Source: a virus
DNA length: 64,000 nucleotides
Reading direction: 5' to 3' (one strand)
Virus record (IMG/VR): IMGVR_UViG_3300045988_117192
Location: 23,646 to 87,645 of that record
How positions within the stretch are numbered: the stretch's first letter is position 1; each line of letters begins with the position of its first letter. Under the pieces are notes generated by a model, which saw nothing but the letters and a program-made list of their open reading frames with translations, was not told where the DNA came from and ran no database searches. Both the position numbers and the translations under genes were made by a program. Below are positions 37,227 through 47,364 of the stretch, in pieces.

Positions 37227-37457
37227 TTAATCTTTAATACAAATGTTATTTACTTTACTATATTCATCAATATACCATTCTTTCTTATTCATATTATATG
37301 TAACTTCAAAATAGTTAGAAGAATTTTTAACTCCAACAAGATATTTTCTGTTACCTAAAATATAACAAGACCAAACTATAAACATATCGTTTATATCAGT
37401 ATTTTCATATTTATCATTAAGATAATCATATATAAGTTTAAATACTTTTTCTTCCAT
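37227..37457 (-). CDS. hypothetical protein (76 aa)
   Basis: small ORF in the gene series. Confidence 0.4.
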   Translation of the reverse strand: MEEKVFKLIYDYLNDKYENTDINDMFIVWSCYILGNRKYLVGVKNSSNYFEVTYNMNKKEWYIDEYSKVNNICIKD

Positions 37458-37481
37458 AATTTAAATTATAATATAATTGTT

Positions 37482-37934
37482 TTATTTAATACCAGTGTGA
37501 CCAAAACCACCATTACCACGTTTGGTATCTTTAAGTTTAAAAACTTCTGTTAGTAAAACTTGTTCAACTTGAGCAAATACAATTTGAGCAATTCTATCAC
37601 CATGATGTACATCAAAAGTATCATTACCATGATTAATTAAACAAACTCCAATTTCACCACGATAATCAGCATCTATAGTTCCTGGTGTATTAAGTACTGT
37701 AATACCATATTTTAAAGCTAAACCAGAACGAGGTCTAATTTGAGCTTCATAACCATAAGGTAATTGAATATAAAGACCTGTAGGAATTAAAACTCTTTCA
37801 CCAGGAGCAATACTTATAATTTCATCATTTCCTTCATCATCTTTTAGATTAGCTCTAAGATCCATACCAGCACTATATTCAGTACTATAATTAGGCAAAG
37901 GATTAGAAGATTTATTTACTATTTGTACTCTCAT
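37482..37934 (-). CDS. dut: dUTP pyrophosphatase (dUTPase)
   Basis: canonical dUTPase motifs [24 protein letters not shown] and the C-terminal [10 protein letters not shown]. Confidence 0.85.
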   Translation of the reverse strand: MRVQIVNKSSNPLPNYSTEYSAGMDLRANLKDDEGNDEIISIAPGERVLIPTGLYIQLPYGYEAQIRPRSGLALKYGITVLNTPGTIDADYRGEIGVCLINHGNDTFDVHHGDRIAQIVFAQVEQVLLTEVFKLKDTKRGNGGFGHTGIK

Positions 37935-38515
37935 TTTATTTTAGATTTACGTTTGAGATTTAAAATATTAATAGTTTTACGTTGTTGTTCTTCTTTTTCA
38001 AGTTCTTCATTAGTTTTATTTATTTCAGCACAATCTTTTTTATAAAGACTAAGCATTTTATTAAGATTACCTTTATAAACTTTTTTAAGAGGAATACAAT
38101 ATGTATCTCTTTCTATTTCTTCAATTAAATCTTTATCTATTAATTCTTTTATACTTTTAGATATACTAGCATCTGAAAGTTCAAGAAACTCTTTAAGTTC
38201 ATTACGAGTTATTTTTACAATATTTGTATTATTATTTAATTTATATAATATAGTAATATAAACTCCTAAAGCACTTTTACTACCATTATATAAACTTATT
38301 AATGTATCTATTCCAACTCTAACTGAATTACTTAGATAATAAATTGTTTTAGTATATTCTAAGTTATTATCATCTTTATCTTTAACTTCCATAGTAGAAA
38401 CATCTTGTATATATTTATCTATAGATTTTCTATTATGTATTATCATATTACTAATATCATTATCTGAAATTTTTGTTATATTGCAAAAATAGAAAAAAAC
38501 TTTTACTTTTTTCAA
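37931..38515 (-). CDS. hypothetical protein, possible winged-helix DNA-binding domain (194 aa)
   Basis: segment [32 protein letters not shown] resembles an HTH recognition helix; Lys-rich C-terminus. Confidence 0.4.
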   Translation of the reverse strand: MKKVKVFFYFCNITKISDNDISNMIIHNRKSIDKYIQDVSTMEVKDKDDNNLEYTKTIYYLSNSVRVGIDTLISLYNGSKSALGVYITILYKLNNNTNIVKITRNELKEFLELSDASISKSIKELIDKDLIEEIERDTYCIPLKKVYKGNLNKMLSLYKKDCAEINKTNEELEKEEQQRKTINILNLKRKSKIK

Positions 38516-38578
38516 AAAATGAAAAGAAAATCTTTAGAATTTTAGAAAATCATAGATTAACTTTTTCAAATTATGAAA

Positions 38579-38615
38579 ATAAAAAACTCGCTAAGTACTT
38601 GATACTCAACGAGTT
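38579..38615 (-). terminator. rho-independent terminator on the minus strand
   Basis: on the minus strand AACUCG-(18 nt)-CGAGUU followed by six U (plus-strand A-run 38581-38586). Confidence 0.4.
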
Positions 38616-38734
38616 ATAACAAAAATCCCAGTCCTTATAATATATATAATATAATAAATATAATAAGGTACATCTAATACTGCAAATATAAGAATAAGAT
38701 TAATAATAACAAAGAGTATAGAATAAAATTACAT

Positions 38735-38756
38735 AACTCTTCTACGGGGGAGCTAG
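38735..38756 (-). repeat. GC-rich dispersed motif copy, reverse orientation, intergenic (long form AACTCTTCTACGGGGGAGCTAG)
   Basis: core 38742-38752; followed by the CTAGAGTG...CACTCTAG inverted repeat. Confidence 0.8.
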
Positions 38757-38812
38757 AGTGCAACTATTAATTCTAACAAAAAGAATATAATTAGCTACAC
38801 TCTAGTTTTACT

Positions 38813-39061
38813 TTAATACGTTCTATCCATAATATCTTTAATTAAAGACATTAATTGACGTACACCAATAGGTATATCTTCATCTTCTTCATTATAATCA
38901 ACTCTAATTTTATTATATTTATTTTTTATCGTAAAAAGTCTATCCTTATATATTTTATCATCTGTTGGAATTTTAGAAGTATAACATTTAGTAATATATA
39001 AATAAAATCCTAATAAAATAATAATAGCTAAAATAATTATAGTAGAACAAATATAAATCAT
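38813..39061 (-). CDS. small membrane protein (82 aa)
   Basis: N-terminal hydrophobic helix IYICSTIIILAIIILLGFYLYI. Confidence 0.45.
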   Translation of the reverse strand: MIYICSTIIILAIIILLGFYLYITKCYTSKIPTDDKIYKDRLFTIKNKYNKIRVDYNEEDEDIPIGVRQLMSLIKDIMDRTY

Positions 39062-39064
39062 AAT

Positions 39065-40129
39065 TTAAGCAATTTTTAAATTAACAGCTGAAACTAGTGC
39101 TTTATTCATATTTCTGTTAGCTCCCCCGTAGAGAAGTGAATCAACACGTTTTTCATTTTCTAAATTAGCAACATTAGAATAAAAACCTGTAACAGCATTA
39201 TAAGCACCCCAAGCAGTACCTGCAATATCTTTTTGACCAATACCATCCATATAATATTCAAACATATTAGTAATTTGATTTATTTTACGTTGACTGATAT
39301 TAGTATGTTCCATAAGAAGATACTCACTATTAAATAATTTTTTATAACCATTTTTGTTATCATAATCAAGAAGAGCTAATCTTTCAGCTTCAGTAAGTTG
39401 TAAATCAGCAATATATTTCATTACTTCTTCATCAGACATTTTAATAGTTAGAAGACTATCATAAAGTTGTTTAGCATTATTAGCATGTTCACAAGCTATT
39501 TTTAAAATTTCACTACCACGTTCAATTTTATCTCTAGCAGATTTAGTATGTTTAATACGAATATATGAATGAGCACTATTTAAAGCACTATTTAACATAT
39601 TAGTACAAATAACTCTAATAGGAGAAAATAAAATATTTATAGAAGAACTACCATCATGAGAATTACTAAATACAAGATAATTATCTACTACATCTTTTCC
39701 TACTTTAGTAGTATAAGGTAATTTAGCACTAACAAATATTTTATGTCCATAACCAAATTTACCAGCTTTATCCCATTGAGCTTTATTAACTCCAATAGCA
39801 TCATTAAAGAAATTAAAAGCTTCAATATTTTGAATAACTTCATATTTATCTTTAACTAAACCTAAAGGTGTATTAGTATCTGTACGATAAGTAGCATAAG
39901 CTTTAGGACAATCTCTATAAATATAACCATCTTTAGCAAACTCACCACCTAATTCATTAAATTTATTATTACCGTTAATACTAAAAGGCATACGAGCAAC
40001 TAAATCACATTTATCCACATAAAAATCAAGTCCAGCTTTTTGCATAACTTCTTGAGCTGTAGTACAATCTGAAACATCTTTTCCTATACCACTAGCCCAA
40101 GGTAAACCGTTAATATTATATTTACTCAT
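39065..40129 (-). CDS. hypothetical protein (354 aa)
   Basis: long ORF; no motif I can assign with confidence; carries an antisense-oriented copy of the GC-rich motif at 39121-39131. Confidence 0.5.
   Translation of the reverse strand: MSKYNINGLPWASGIGKDVSDCTTAQEVMQKAGLDFYVDKCDLVARMPFSINGNNKFNELGGEFAKDGYIYRDCPKAYATYRTDTNTPLGLVKDKYEVIQNIEAFNFFNDAIGVNKAQWDKAGKFGYGHKIFVSAKLPYTTKVGKDVVDNYLVFSNSHDGSSSINILFSPIRVICTNMLNSALNSAHSYIRIKHTKSARDKIERGSEILKIACEHANNAKQLYDSLLTIKMSDEEVMKYIADLQLTEAERLALLDYDNKNGYKKLFNSEYLLMEHTNISQRKINQITNMFEYYMDGIGQKDIAGTAWGAYNAVTGFYSNVANLENEKRVDSLLYGGANRNMNKALVSAVNLKIA
39119..39136 (+). repeat. GC-rich dispersed motif copy inside minus-strand ORF 39065-40129 (antisense)
   Basis: core 39121-39131; on the coding strand it encodes LLYGGAN. 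Confidence 0.8.
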
Positions 40130-40638
40130 AATTTCATTTTTATAAAATCATCAACATCATAATAATCAATACCAAAATTAATAGCAGTTTGTTTATCACT
40201 ATCACTAAATTGACCTTCTTTACCTGAAGCATCACCTATCATACACATATTTCCATCATGAATATGTCGATTATCATTAAGAATGAAAGCTTCAAGTAAA
40301 TTTAATAGCATTCCTGTATTAGGTTTTCGATAAGAATTATTTTTGTCATTAAGATGACAATAAGAACCTTTACATATACATCCTTCACCTATATATTCTG
40401 TTACACAATCAGTAATATATTGAAGTTTATCTTCAAAATGATTTCTATCTACATACCCCTTTTCTATACCACCTTGATTAGTAACAATAAATATATATTC
40501 TGGAGCAAGTACTTTAAGTTTATAAAGAAGATGAAAATTCAATTTCATATCCCAAATACCTCTTGGAAATGGTTCATTATTAAGAGTATTAATAAGAGTA
40601 CCATCTAAATCAAGAAATACAATTTTGTATTTTTTCAT
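40126..40638 (-). CDS. HAD-superfamily phosphatase (IIIA subfamily; GmhB / polynucleotide 3'-phosphatase-like)
   Basis: HAD motifs FLDLDGTL (motif I), VTNQ (motif II), RKPNTGM (motif III Lys), MIGDASGK (motif IV). Confidence 0.6.
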   Translation of the reverse strand: MKKYKIVFLDLDGTLINTLNNEPFPRGIWDMKLNFHLLYKLKVLAPEYIFIVTNQGGIEKGYVDRNHFEDKLQYITDCVTEYIGEGCICKGSYCHLNDKNNSYRKPNTGMLLNLLEAFILNDNRHIHDGNMCMIGDASGKEGQFSDSDKQTAINFGIDYYDVDDFIKMKL

Positions 40639-40641
40639 AGT

Positions 40642-41142
40642 TTAATTACTAAATTGTTCAACACTAATACCAACACGTTTAAGTAAATCTAAACCATTAG
40701 TTTTACGATAAGGTTCTAGATACACAACTCTTTTAATTCCTGCTTGAATAATAAGTTTAGCACATTCAATACAAGGAGAATGTGTTATATATAAAGTACT
40801 ACCATAAGTAGCTTTACCATATCTAGCACATTTAAGAATAGCATTACTTTCAGCATGAAGTACTTCAGGTTTTGTTGTAAGTTTAATGTAATAACAATTT
40901 TTACAATTATCTGTTACACTAGGTGCATAATTAGTTAAATGACAGTGATTAGTTCTACATTCTTTAAATTCACATTCATTGCTTAAACCACTAGGAGTAC
41001 CATTAAATCCATCTGATATTATTTGATTATCTTTTACTATAATAGCACCAACTTTAAGTTTTTCAGCATAACTATTTTTAGCACAAAGTTGAGCAACATC
41101 TATATAATATTTATCTGATTCTTTTTGAGTCATATTATTCAT
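40642..41142 (-). CDS. dCMP deaminase (cytidine/deoxycytidylate deaminase family)
   Basis: zinc-binding motifs HAESNAI (HAE) and SPCIECAKLI (PCxxC). Confidence 0.8.
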   Translation of the reverse strand: MNNMTQKESDKYYIDVAQLCAKNSYAEKLKVGAIIVKDNQIISDGFNGTPSGLSNECEFKECRTNHCHLTNYAPSVTDNCKNCYYIKLTTKPEVLHAESNAILKCARYGKATYGSTLYITHSPCIECAKLIIQAGIKRVVYLEPYRKTNGLDLLKRVGISVEQFSN

Positions 41143-41332
41143 TATAAAAAGTTATACTTTCATCATCTGCAATTATTTCAGTACAAAAAGTTCTTGAATT
41201 TACAAAATGATTATAATTATAAACATCTATAGGAATATTATCAGATAAACTTCGACAATCTTGATTAATAAATTGTCGAAGTTCACCTAATGTAATACTA
41301 CTATGTTTTTTACTTTTTAAAGTAGCGAACAT
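41135..41332 (-). CDS. hypothetical protein (65 aa)
   Basis: small ORF overlapping neighbours by a few nt. Confidence 0.3.
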   Translation of the reverse strand: MFATLKSKKHSSITLGELRQFINQDCRSLSDNIPIDVYNYNHFVNSRTFCTEIIADDESITFYNE

Positions 41333-41338
41333 AATATT

Positions 41339-42100
41339 TTATTTTATAACAACATTATCTTTAATTACATATTTAGCAAAAGTAGGAATTTCTCCATTAC
41401 TTTTAACTTCTTTCTTAATTTCTGTTTTATCAACAGAAGGTTTAATAGTAGCTAAAACTTTATAATCTAATAAAGAATTAATAAGTTTAAGACCATCAGG
41501 ATTAGTAATTAAATCTTTTAAATTAACTTTAAAATCTAAATTAGCTTGAAGATTATTTAAATCATCATCTGTATAATTAGTTTCAATTACATCTTCCTCA
41601 TCATCTTGTTTAGTTTTATTACAAAAATCAACTATGTCTTTAACATCTAATTCTTGTTGATTAGTAGTATTTGTAAAATGAAGCCAATTAAAATATCTAA
41701 AGAATCTATTTACAAATTGCTTTGTGCCTTCTTCATCAACTTCAATAGAATCAGATTTACGAATATTAACTTTACCTGTACCATAATCTAAGAATTTAGT
41801 ACCTGTTTTAGTTGTATCACCAAATTCATCAATAGCCGTAGCCATAATCTTTTTAAGATTATCTATGGTTCTTTCTTTAGATTTTTGTAAATCTTTAAGA
41901 CGAGCTATTTCTTCTTTAATACCTTTATTATCAAGTTCTAATTGCTTTATATAAGCAACATAACCTTGAATTTTAGTACTAAATTCTTCTCTTTTTATAG
42001 TAAGAGCTTCTTCTAATTCTGGAGTTAATTCTCCTTCATTTTCTTCAATACTATTAAAAATAGCATAAAGGTCTTGTTGAATATTAAATATACTAGCCAT
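41339..42100 (-). CDS. hypothetical protein, possibly Gp157-family-like (253 aa)
   Basis: N-terminal acidic coiled-coil followed by a Gly/Thr-rich central region resembles siphovirus Gp157-type proteins; weak assignment from memory. Confidence 0.3.
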   Translation of the reverse strand: MASIFNIQQDLYAIFNSIEENEGELTPELEEALTIKREEFSTKIQGYVAYIKQLELDNKGIKEEIARLKDLQKSKERTIDNLKKIMATAIDEFGDTTKTGTKFLDYGTGKVNIRKSDSIEVDEEGTKQFVNRFFRYFNWLHFTNTTNQQELDVKDIVDFCNKTKQDDEEDVIETNYTDDDLNNLQANLDFKVNLKDLITNPDGLKLINSLLDYKVLATIKPSVDKTEIKKEVKSNGEIPTFAKYVIKDNVVIK

Positions 42101-42332
42101 TTCTAAGTCTTTTAATAAAGTTTTTAATTTTAGTTATACGATAAGTAATTATATCTTTTGATTCTTTTATATCAAGGTCATTAATTAAATTCTCAAGTTC
42201 ATTTATATTTTTTATATATCTAGAAAGTCTAGATTCATGTTTAAGAAGTTTATTAAAACCTTGTACAATAATTATTGTTAATATAATACCATAACATGAC
42301 ATCATGAATATTAATACTAATACATTATTCAT
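42093..42332 (-). CDS. small membrane protein (79 aa)
   Basis: hydrophobic N-terminal segment LVLIFMMSCYGIILTIIIV. Confidence 0.35.
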   Translation of the reverse strand: MNNVLVLIFMMSCYGIILTIIIVQGFNKLLKHESRLSRYIKNINELENLINDLDIKESKDIITYRITKIKNFIKRLRNG

Positions 42333-42358
42333 CTGTATATAAAGTTTTTAAATAATTA

Positions 42359-42538
42359 TTAATATCTGCCATGACCTTCTTCTGTTAAAACAATTTGTTT
42401 ACTAAGTTTACCACAATTAGTACAACGACTAATAAAAACTTTACCTATAACATTTCCTTTAACATCAACATAAGATTCTTCTTTAATAATCTCATATTTA
42501 TGTAATCTAAAGAACTTACACCAAATATTCTGCTTCAT
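42359..42538 (-). CDS. small zinc-ribbon protein (about 59 aa)
   Basis: C-terminal part of the 110-aa ORF (start taken at internal MKQNIW) has CxxC (RCTNCGK); the N-terminal extension given by the ORF track is an antisense-like hydrophobic artefact overlapping the upstream gene. Confidence 0.3.
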   Translation of the reverse strand: MKQNIWCKFFRLHKYEIIKEESYVDVKGNVIGKVFISRCTNCGKLSKQIVLTEEGHGRY

Positions 42539-42794
42539 AATCTTCAATAACTTTATCAATAGTTTTTGTATCAACAAAACCATTCCAACGATTGATTTCA
42601 TTAATGCAATTATTATCCAAATAAAGAATACAAACAGGAACATCAACCACTCCTCTTTGTTCAGCTTCCCAAATAATATAATCATCATCACAATTTTTAA
42701 ATACTACATCACATTTAGGTGGATTATCAAATAATTCCATTTCTTGTCTATAGCATTCATAATTACCATGTTGATAATGAAATAGTAGTTTCAT
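42516..42794 (-). CDS. hypothetical protein (92 aa)
   Basis: ORF with several Cys; overlaps the next gene. Confidence 0.4.
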   Translation of the reverse strand: MKLLFHYQHGNYECYRQEMELFDNPPKCDVVFKNCDDDYIIWEAEQRGVVDVPVCILYLDNNCINEINRWNGFVDTKTIDKVIEDYEAEYLV

Positions 42795-43633
42795 TTTATT
42801 ACATTTTTATAATTAATTAAATCATAACCTTCATCTTCAAGAGCTTCTTTAATTTGTAACATTACAGCTTTTGCATCAGGATGAGCACCTCCAGTATAAT
42901 CAAATAAACGAAGATTAATTATATACTCCCAATCACGAACAGTATAAGTATAAGCGGCTTTACTCATAGTATCTAAAAATAAACACCATCTTGCATCTTC
43001 TGGTTTAAGATTAAGACCATATTTACTTCTAGATATTTTATAAAACCATTCATCAAACTTACACATTAGTTTAACTAAAACTTTTCTATAAAGATTAAGT
43101 CTAGTCATCCAATGACATTTCTTAAATATAATGCTGATTTTCTTAATAAAATCTACATATCTAGTACTACGTTCAGAAATAGCATTAGGAGATTTACGAT
43201 TTAATTCTCTAGTAATATCAATACCTGTATCGACAATGAAAGTATAATAAATCATTTTATTACTATAAAACACTTCATCATTAATAGCTACTTCATAAGG
43301 TATTTCATATTTAGAAAATTCTTGTAAATGTTCTTTAGCATATTGTCTATTAGTAGAAATATAAATATAATCCATTGTAGTAATTATATTACAATATTCA
43401 CTACATATAACAGGAGTATCATTAATAAGAAATGTACCAATCCATGAAATTTTATAATAAACACCTACATGACGAAACATACTACGATGATTATTTTTCC
43501 ATAAATGATTACACATTTTTTCATTATCTGCTAGTTTATTACTAGCATAACAGATTCTAGCACATTTAGCTATATGTAAAGCTTCATCATCTCCTTGACG
43601 AATTAACTTTACTTGTGGTTCTAATATTTTCAT
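42791..43633 (-). CDS. thyX: flavin-dependent thymidylate synthase ThyX-like
   Basis: ELNRKSPNAISERSTRY resembles the ThyX RHR-x7-8-S / SQRY signature; size (280 aa) and nucleotide-metabolism neighbourhood fit. Confidence 0.55.
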   Translation of the reverse strand: MKILEPQVKLIRQGDDEALHIAKCARICYASNKLADNEKMCNHLWKNNHRSMFRHVGVYYKISWIGTFLINDTPVICSEYCNIITTMDYIYISTNRQYAKEHLQEFSKYEIPYEVAINDEVFYSNKMIYYTFIVDTGIDITRELNRKSPNAISERSTRYVDFIKKISIIFKKCHWMTRLNLYRKVLVKLMCKFDEWFYKISRSKYGLNLKPEDARWCLFLDTMSKAAYTYTVRDWEYIINLRLFDYTGGAHPDAKAVMLQIKEALEDEGYDLINYKNVIK

Positions 43634-43634
43634 A

Positions 43635-43946
43635 TTATTCTCCTAAATCAATATTTTCTTTCTTATTAACATTAACATTATTTATTTGACGAAGACGTTC
43701 TTGACAAATATGAATAATCTTTTGATATTTAATCTTATCATCTTCACCATCTTTATGACGACATATACGCTTAACAATATCAGCATCCCAAGGATTAAGA
43801 TTCCAATCAAGCCAAACACTCCAAGGCTGTATAATATGTTTACTATAATCGCTAGCACCAATATTACTACTTCTAATATTATCTTGATTATCATTAATAA
43901 CACCAAGATAACAAAGTTTTTGATAGAGTTCATCATTAATTTCCAT
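43635..43946 (-). CDS. DUF3310-like phage protein (103 aa)
   Basis: PWSVWLDWNLNPWDADIVKRICRHKDGEDDKIKYQKIIHICQERL pattern resembles the phage DUF3310 family, often found next to nucleotide-metabolism genes. Confidence 0.4.
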   Translation of the reverse strand: MEINDELYQKLCYLGVINDNQDNIRSSNIGASDYSKHIIQPWSVWLDWNLNPWDADIVKRICRHKDGEDDKIKYQKIIHICQERLRQINNVNVNKKENIDLGE

Positions 43947-43958
43947 AATTGTAACTTT

Positions 43959-45521
43959 TTAATTAATACCAAATTTATCTTCTAGATTATAATATTTAAC
44001 AAAACTCATAAAATCATCAATCCAAATATGATGACAACCAATAATAACAACATATTCCCATTTATCAAGAAGTTTATGATTATCAGTTTGTTTTTGTCTA
44101 AATTCAATACTTCTAAGATTATATAATCCAACTTTAATATATCTATTATTAAACTCATGTTTAATCATAATACCTTCTTGAGGATTATCATTACAAGTAG
44201 TACCTTTATATAGTTTATACATCATTATAGCTTGGTCTAATGTAACACTAGCTTTATTAGATGTTTCAACTACATCATGTTTAGGATTATTTTTATTTTG
44301 TCTATATCTAAGTTGAATATTATTAAATTTAATTTTAGGATAAAGTTTATCAACCATCCAACTACCAGTACCACGTTTATAACTATCAATTACAAATTTA
44401 TTATATTTAATACAATCATCATCATGATTTCTAAAAGTAGAAAAATCTCTCCAAGCTTTCAATCGTTCTTCATAATGTTGATTATTATATTGTTCAACAG
44501 CTTTATTATAATTATCATCACTTTTACGAATATTAGCTTCTAAAGTATTTCTTGTAACATTCTCAATAACTTTAGCATAAAGTTTAATACCATCTCTCCA
44601 TTTTATTAATTCAGACCTATTATCGAGATTAATAGCAATATTATGTTTATTAAATAAAGCTTTTAATTTATCTTTATCATAATCATCATTCCAATGAGTT
44701 TCTAGTTCTTTACGGGATATACCATATCCTCTACAATATAAACCATAAAAATAACTTTGTTCAAGTTTAAGTTTTTCTTTTTTAGTAAATACAGTACCAT
44801 TTACAATTTGTTTAAGAGATGGAAACGGAACATCATAATAAGTATATTTACTCCAATTAAAATCATCTCTTATACTTATAACATTATCAAGAGGTTTATC
44901 ATACCAATCATATTGTTTTACTTTATATTTCTGAACAAAATCATAAATTTTACTATAATCAGCATATTTATACCAATTATGATAAATATAATGTTCTTTT
45001 TTATATTTAAATAAACTATTAATATCTTGATGAACTACTTTACGTTTACCTTCAAGAATACCATAAAATTCAGCTAATAATCTATCAACAAATACTTTAA
45101 TAAGATATTTAGCATGAATCTTTATAACTTCTGATAGCTCCCCCGTAGAAAGGATGTGTGGATTGGTTATAGTTTCCTCAGTAAGAAATACTTGATAATC
45201 ATCAGGAATACTACCAATAAGTTCATCACTTCTTTTAAGGAAACTAGTATTAACTAATATAGTTTTAGTATCTCGATTAATAACAGCAACACAACAATAA
45301 GCATTATAATCAAGTTTACTATTCCAACTATAAGTAATAGTATTTCTATCAGCATTTTTATTTAAACGAAACGCAAATAACCAATCATATTTACCACTTA
45401 CTATATAGTTTTGATTACTATAAACATAAGTATCATCATGTATCCAACGATGATATACTTCTTTCCTAGGAAAACAATGTTTAACACGTTTACCATTTTC
45501 TTTAAGTTCAGCACTTCCCAT
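43959..45521 (-). CDS. hypothetical protein (520 aa)
   Basis: long ORF; Tyr/Lys/Asn-rich; no motif recognised; contains an antisense GC-rich motif copy at 45138-45148. Confidence 0.5.
   Translation of the reverse strand: MGSAELKENGKRVKHCFPRKEVYHRWIHDDTYVYSNQNYIVSGKYDWLFAFRLNKNADRNTITYSWNSKLDYNAYCCVAVINRDTKTILVNTSFLKRSDELIGSIPDDYQVFLTEETITNPHILSTGELSEVIKIHAKYLIKVFVDRLLAEFYGILEGKRKVVHQDINSLFKYKKEHYIYHNWYKYADYSKIYDFVQKYKVKQYDWYDKPLDNVISIRDDFNWSKYTYYDVPFPSLKQIVNGTVFTKKEKLKLEQSYFYGLYCRGYGISRKELETHWNDDYDKDKLKALFNKHNIAINLDNRSELIKWRDGIKLYAKVIENVTRNTLEANIRKSDDNYNKAVEQYNNQHYEERLKAWRDFSTFRNHDDDCIKYNKFVIDSYKRGTGSWMVDKLYPKIKFNNIQLRYRQNKNNPKHDVVETSNKASVTLDQAIMMYKLYKGTTCNDNPQEGIMIKHEFNNRYIKVGLYNLRSIEFRQKQTDNHKLLDKWEYVVIIGCHHIWIDDFMSFVKYYNLEDKFGIN
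45136..45152 (+). repeat. GC-rich dispersed motif copy inside minus-strand ORF 43959-45521 (antisense)
   Basis: core 45138-45148; coding strand encodes STGELS. Confidence 0.8.
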
Positions 45522-45735
45522 AATGTTAAATGAGTTAATTGTTATACAAATATATGAATTATTTATTAGAAATCGAATTTTCTACAATATTTTATTTTTC
45601 GATTTAAGCTAGTTAAAATTGATAGCTTTACAAGTTATCAACTAATACTAAACAAAAGCGTAGAGGAGCTAAAATCGACCAAATCTAGCTTATTTAATTA
45701 TAGTTTTACCTCTTAGAATGGCCAAATCATCACAA

Positions 45736-45754
45736 CTTCTCTACGGGGGAGCTA
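45736..45754 (-). repeat. GC-rich dispersed motif copy, reverse orientation, intergenic
   Basis: CTACGGGGGAG at 45741-45751; upstream in the sense direction of minus-strand gene 43959-45521. Confidence 0.8.
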
Positions 45755-45803
45755 AAATAAAGTAGCAACTAGAACTACAAAGAGTACTAATTGCTACATT
45801 ACA

Positions 45804-46154
45804 TTAAATATCTAAATAATATATTACACCATCTTCATTCTTTTCAACTTCTTCAATAAAAATAGCAGTTCTTTGTTTAAGAGTACATAAATAACTTGTA
45901 AACCATATAGGAGATAAATCTAATTTTATTACTTTATTATTCATAATAGTACTACGACATTGAACATGACTATTAGTATTCTTTAGCATAGCTACATAAT
46001 AATCATTAGATTTAGTATTCTTATTATATTTTTTAAGAAAAGCATAATATGGATAATATTTTATACTTCTACTATAAAGTTTTTTATATGTTGGATTAAT
46101 CCAAGTATCAGCAAATACATCATTTTCTACTGCATCATAAGCACTAAGATTCAT
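45804..46154 (-). CDS. hypothetical protein (116 aa)
   Basis: ORF downstream of the ligase. Confidence 0.45.
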   Translation of the reverse strand: MNLSAYDAVENDVFADTWINPTYKKLYSRSIKYYPYYAFLKKYNKNTKSNDYYVAMLKNTNSHVQCRSTIMNNKVIKLDLSPIWFTSYLCTLKQRTAIFIEEVEKNEDGVIYYLDI

Positions 46155-46163
46155 AATATTAAT

Positions 46164-47363
46164 TTAAATTATATCAATACCTTTAGCATGAAATGGAACT
46201 TGTTTAACTCCACTTCTAGCTCTATATTCAACTTTTATATATTTTCCAATATATTTATCTTTATTAATTAAATATTCTTCTTGAATATCTTGTTTTTTAT
46301 TTATAGTACATTCAAAAAGTTCATCATTAATATCATTACGACAAATAAATTTTGGAAGATGTCTACGTTTAATACCTTCAGGAACAATATCAACTATTAG
46401 AAACTTACCATCTTCAATCTTTTTAAATTTAAGCATTGAATTATTACGTTTACCACCAAATTGATAATCAGCTTTAGAATCTCTTATAACTAAACCTTCA
46501 AAACCTAAATTAATAAAATTATCTCGATGTCTAATAGCATCTTCTATACAATGAATATTATTAAAAGCTGGAAGTAAAATAAAACGTTCTTTATTGTTAA
46601 GATGATTATATTTAGATTTAAAATCGTATATTTTATTACTAAAAGCAGTTTCTAGAGCACTATATCTACTTATAGCAGGCATACTATCAATAGCTAAATC
46701 ATAACACCAAAATTGAAGTTTATAATGTTGAGGCAGTTCAGTATTTTTAATAAAACTATTAATTTCGTTAATACCATAACCTGGAAGATAAAGTTCACCA
46801 TCAAGAGCTACACCTTCTTCTATCATCATATTAAGAAAATAAGTTGGAATAATAGGAATTAAATATTGATCTAAATAACTAAGTTTATCAGTCCAATCTA
46901 TACCATGTCTACTATGATATTTAAGATATATATTATCAAATAAACCTTCGTCTTTATAAGCAGTTATTAAACATCTTTCACCATCAATTTTATATTCTCC
47001 AAAATATTCACTTTTAGTAAAAGGTTTATTATCTTCTAGAGTTTTACAAAGCATAGGTATAAACGTACCATCAGCATGAGTATTATCTTTAGGAAGATAA
47101 GTATTAAGATAATTAATTAAATCTTTATCATTTTTAAAACAATCAGGAGCATTATCATATAAATCAGATAAAGCTTTATATCCTTCTTTTTGTTTAGCTA
47201 TTATTTGAGATTTAATTTCTTCATTTAATTGTCTATTTGTTTTAATCTCAGTAGTATGACCTAATTTACCTACAAGTCCATAAGTAACAACTATTTTATT
47301 AGTATAATCACTTATTTGCCAAAATATAGGTTTACCTTGAGCATTACGTTTATAAAGTTTCAT
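46164..47363 (-). CDS. ATP-dependent DNA ligase
   Basis: nucleotidyltransferase motif I EYKIDGER (KxDG), motif III ALDGELY, motif IV FEGLVIR, motif V GKRNNSMLKFK. Confidence 0.8.
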   Translation of the reverse strand: MKLYKRNAQGKPIFWQISDYTNKIVVTYGLVGKLGHTTEIKTNRQLNEEIKSQIIAKQKEGYKALSDLYDNAPDCFKNDKDLINYLNTYLPKDNTHADGTFIPMLCKTLEDNKPFTKSEYFGEYKIDGERCLITAYKDEGLFDNIYLKYHSRHGIDWTDKLSYLDQYLIPIIPTYFLNMMIEEGVALDGELYLPGYGINEINSFIKNTELPQHYKLQFWCYDLAIDSMPAISRYSALETAFSNKIYDFKSKYNHLNNKERFILLPAFNNIHCIEDAIRHRDNFINLGFEGLVIRDSKADYQFGGKRNNSMLKFKKIEDGKFLIVDIVPEGIKRRHLPKFICRNDINDELFECTINKKQDIQEEYLINKDKYIGKYIKVEYRARSGVKQVPFHAKGIDII

Positions 47364-47364
47364 A

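Noticed and set aside
36987-37358. 123-aa plus-strand ORF (and similar plus-strand ORFs 40354-40608, 43686-43985, 44277-45014, 47443-47778, 48967-49227, 49648-50237, 51119-52080, 53183-53365, 55018-55356, 56284-56571) inside the minus-strand module
   Set aside because: They lie antisense to minus-strand genes with strong motif support or a consistent operon context. Their composition is low-complexity, so I treat them as spurious.
42359-42691. 110-aa ORF as given by the track (with a hydrophobic 51-aa N-terminal extension overlapping the upstream gene by 176 nt)
   Set aside because: The N-terminal extension looks like an alternative-frame artefact. I kept only the C-terminal zinc-ribbon part from the internal Met (42359-42538).
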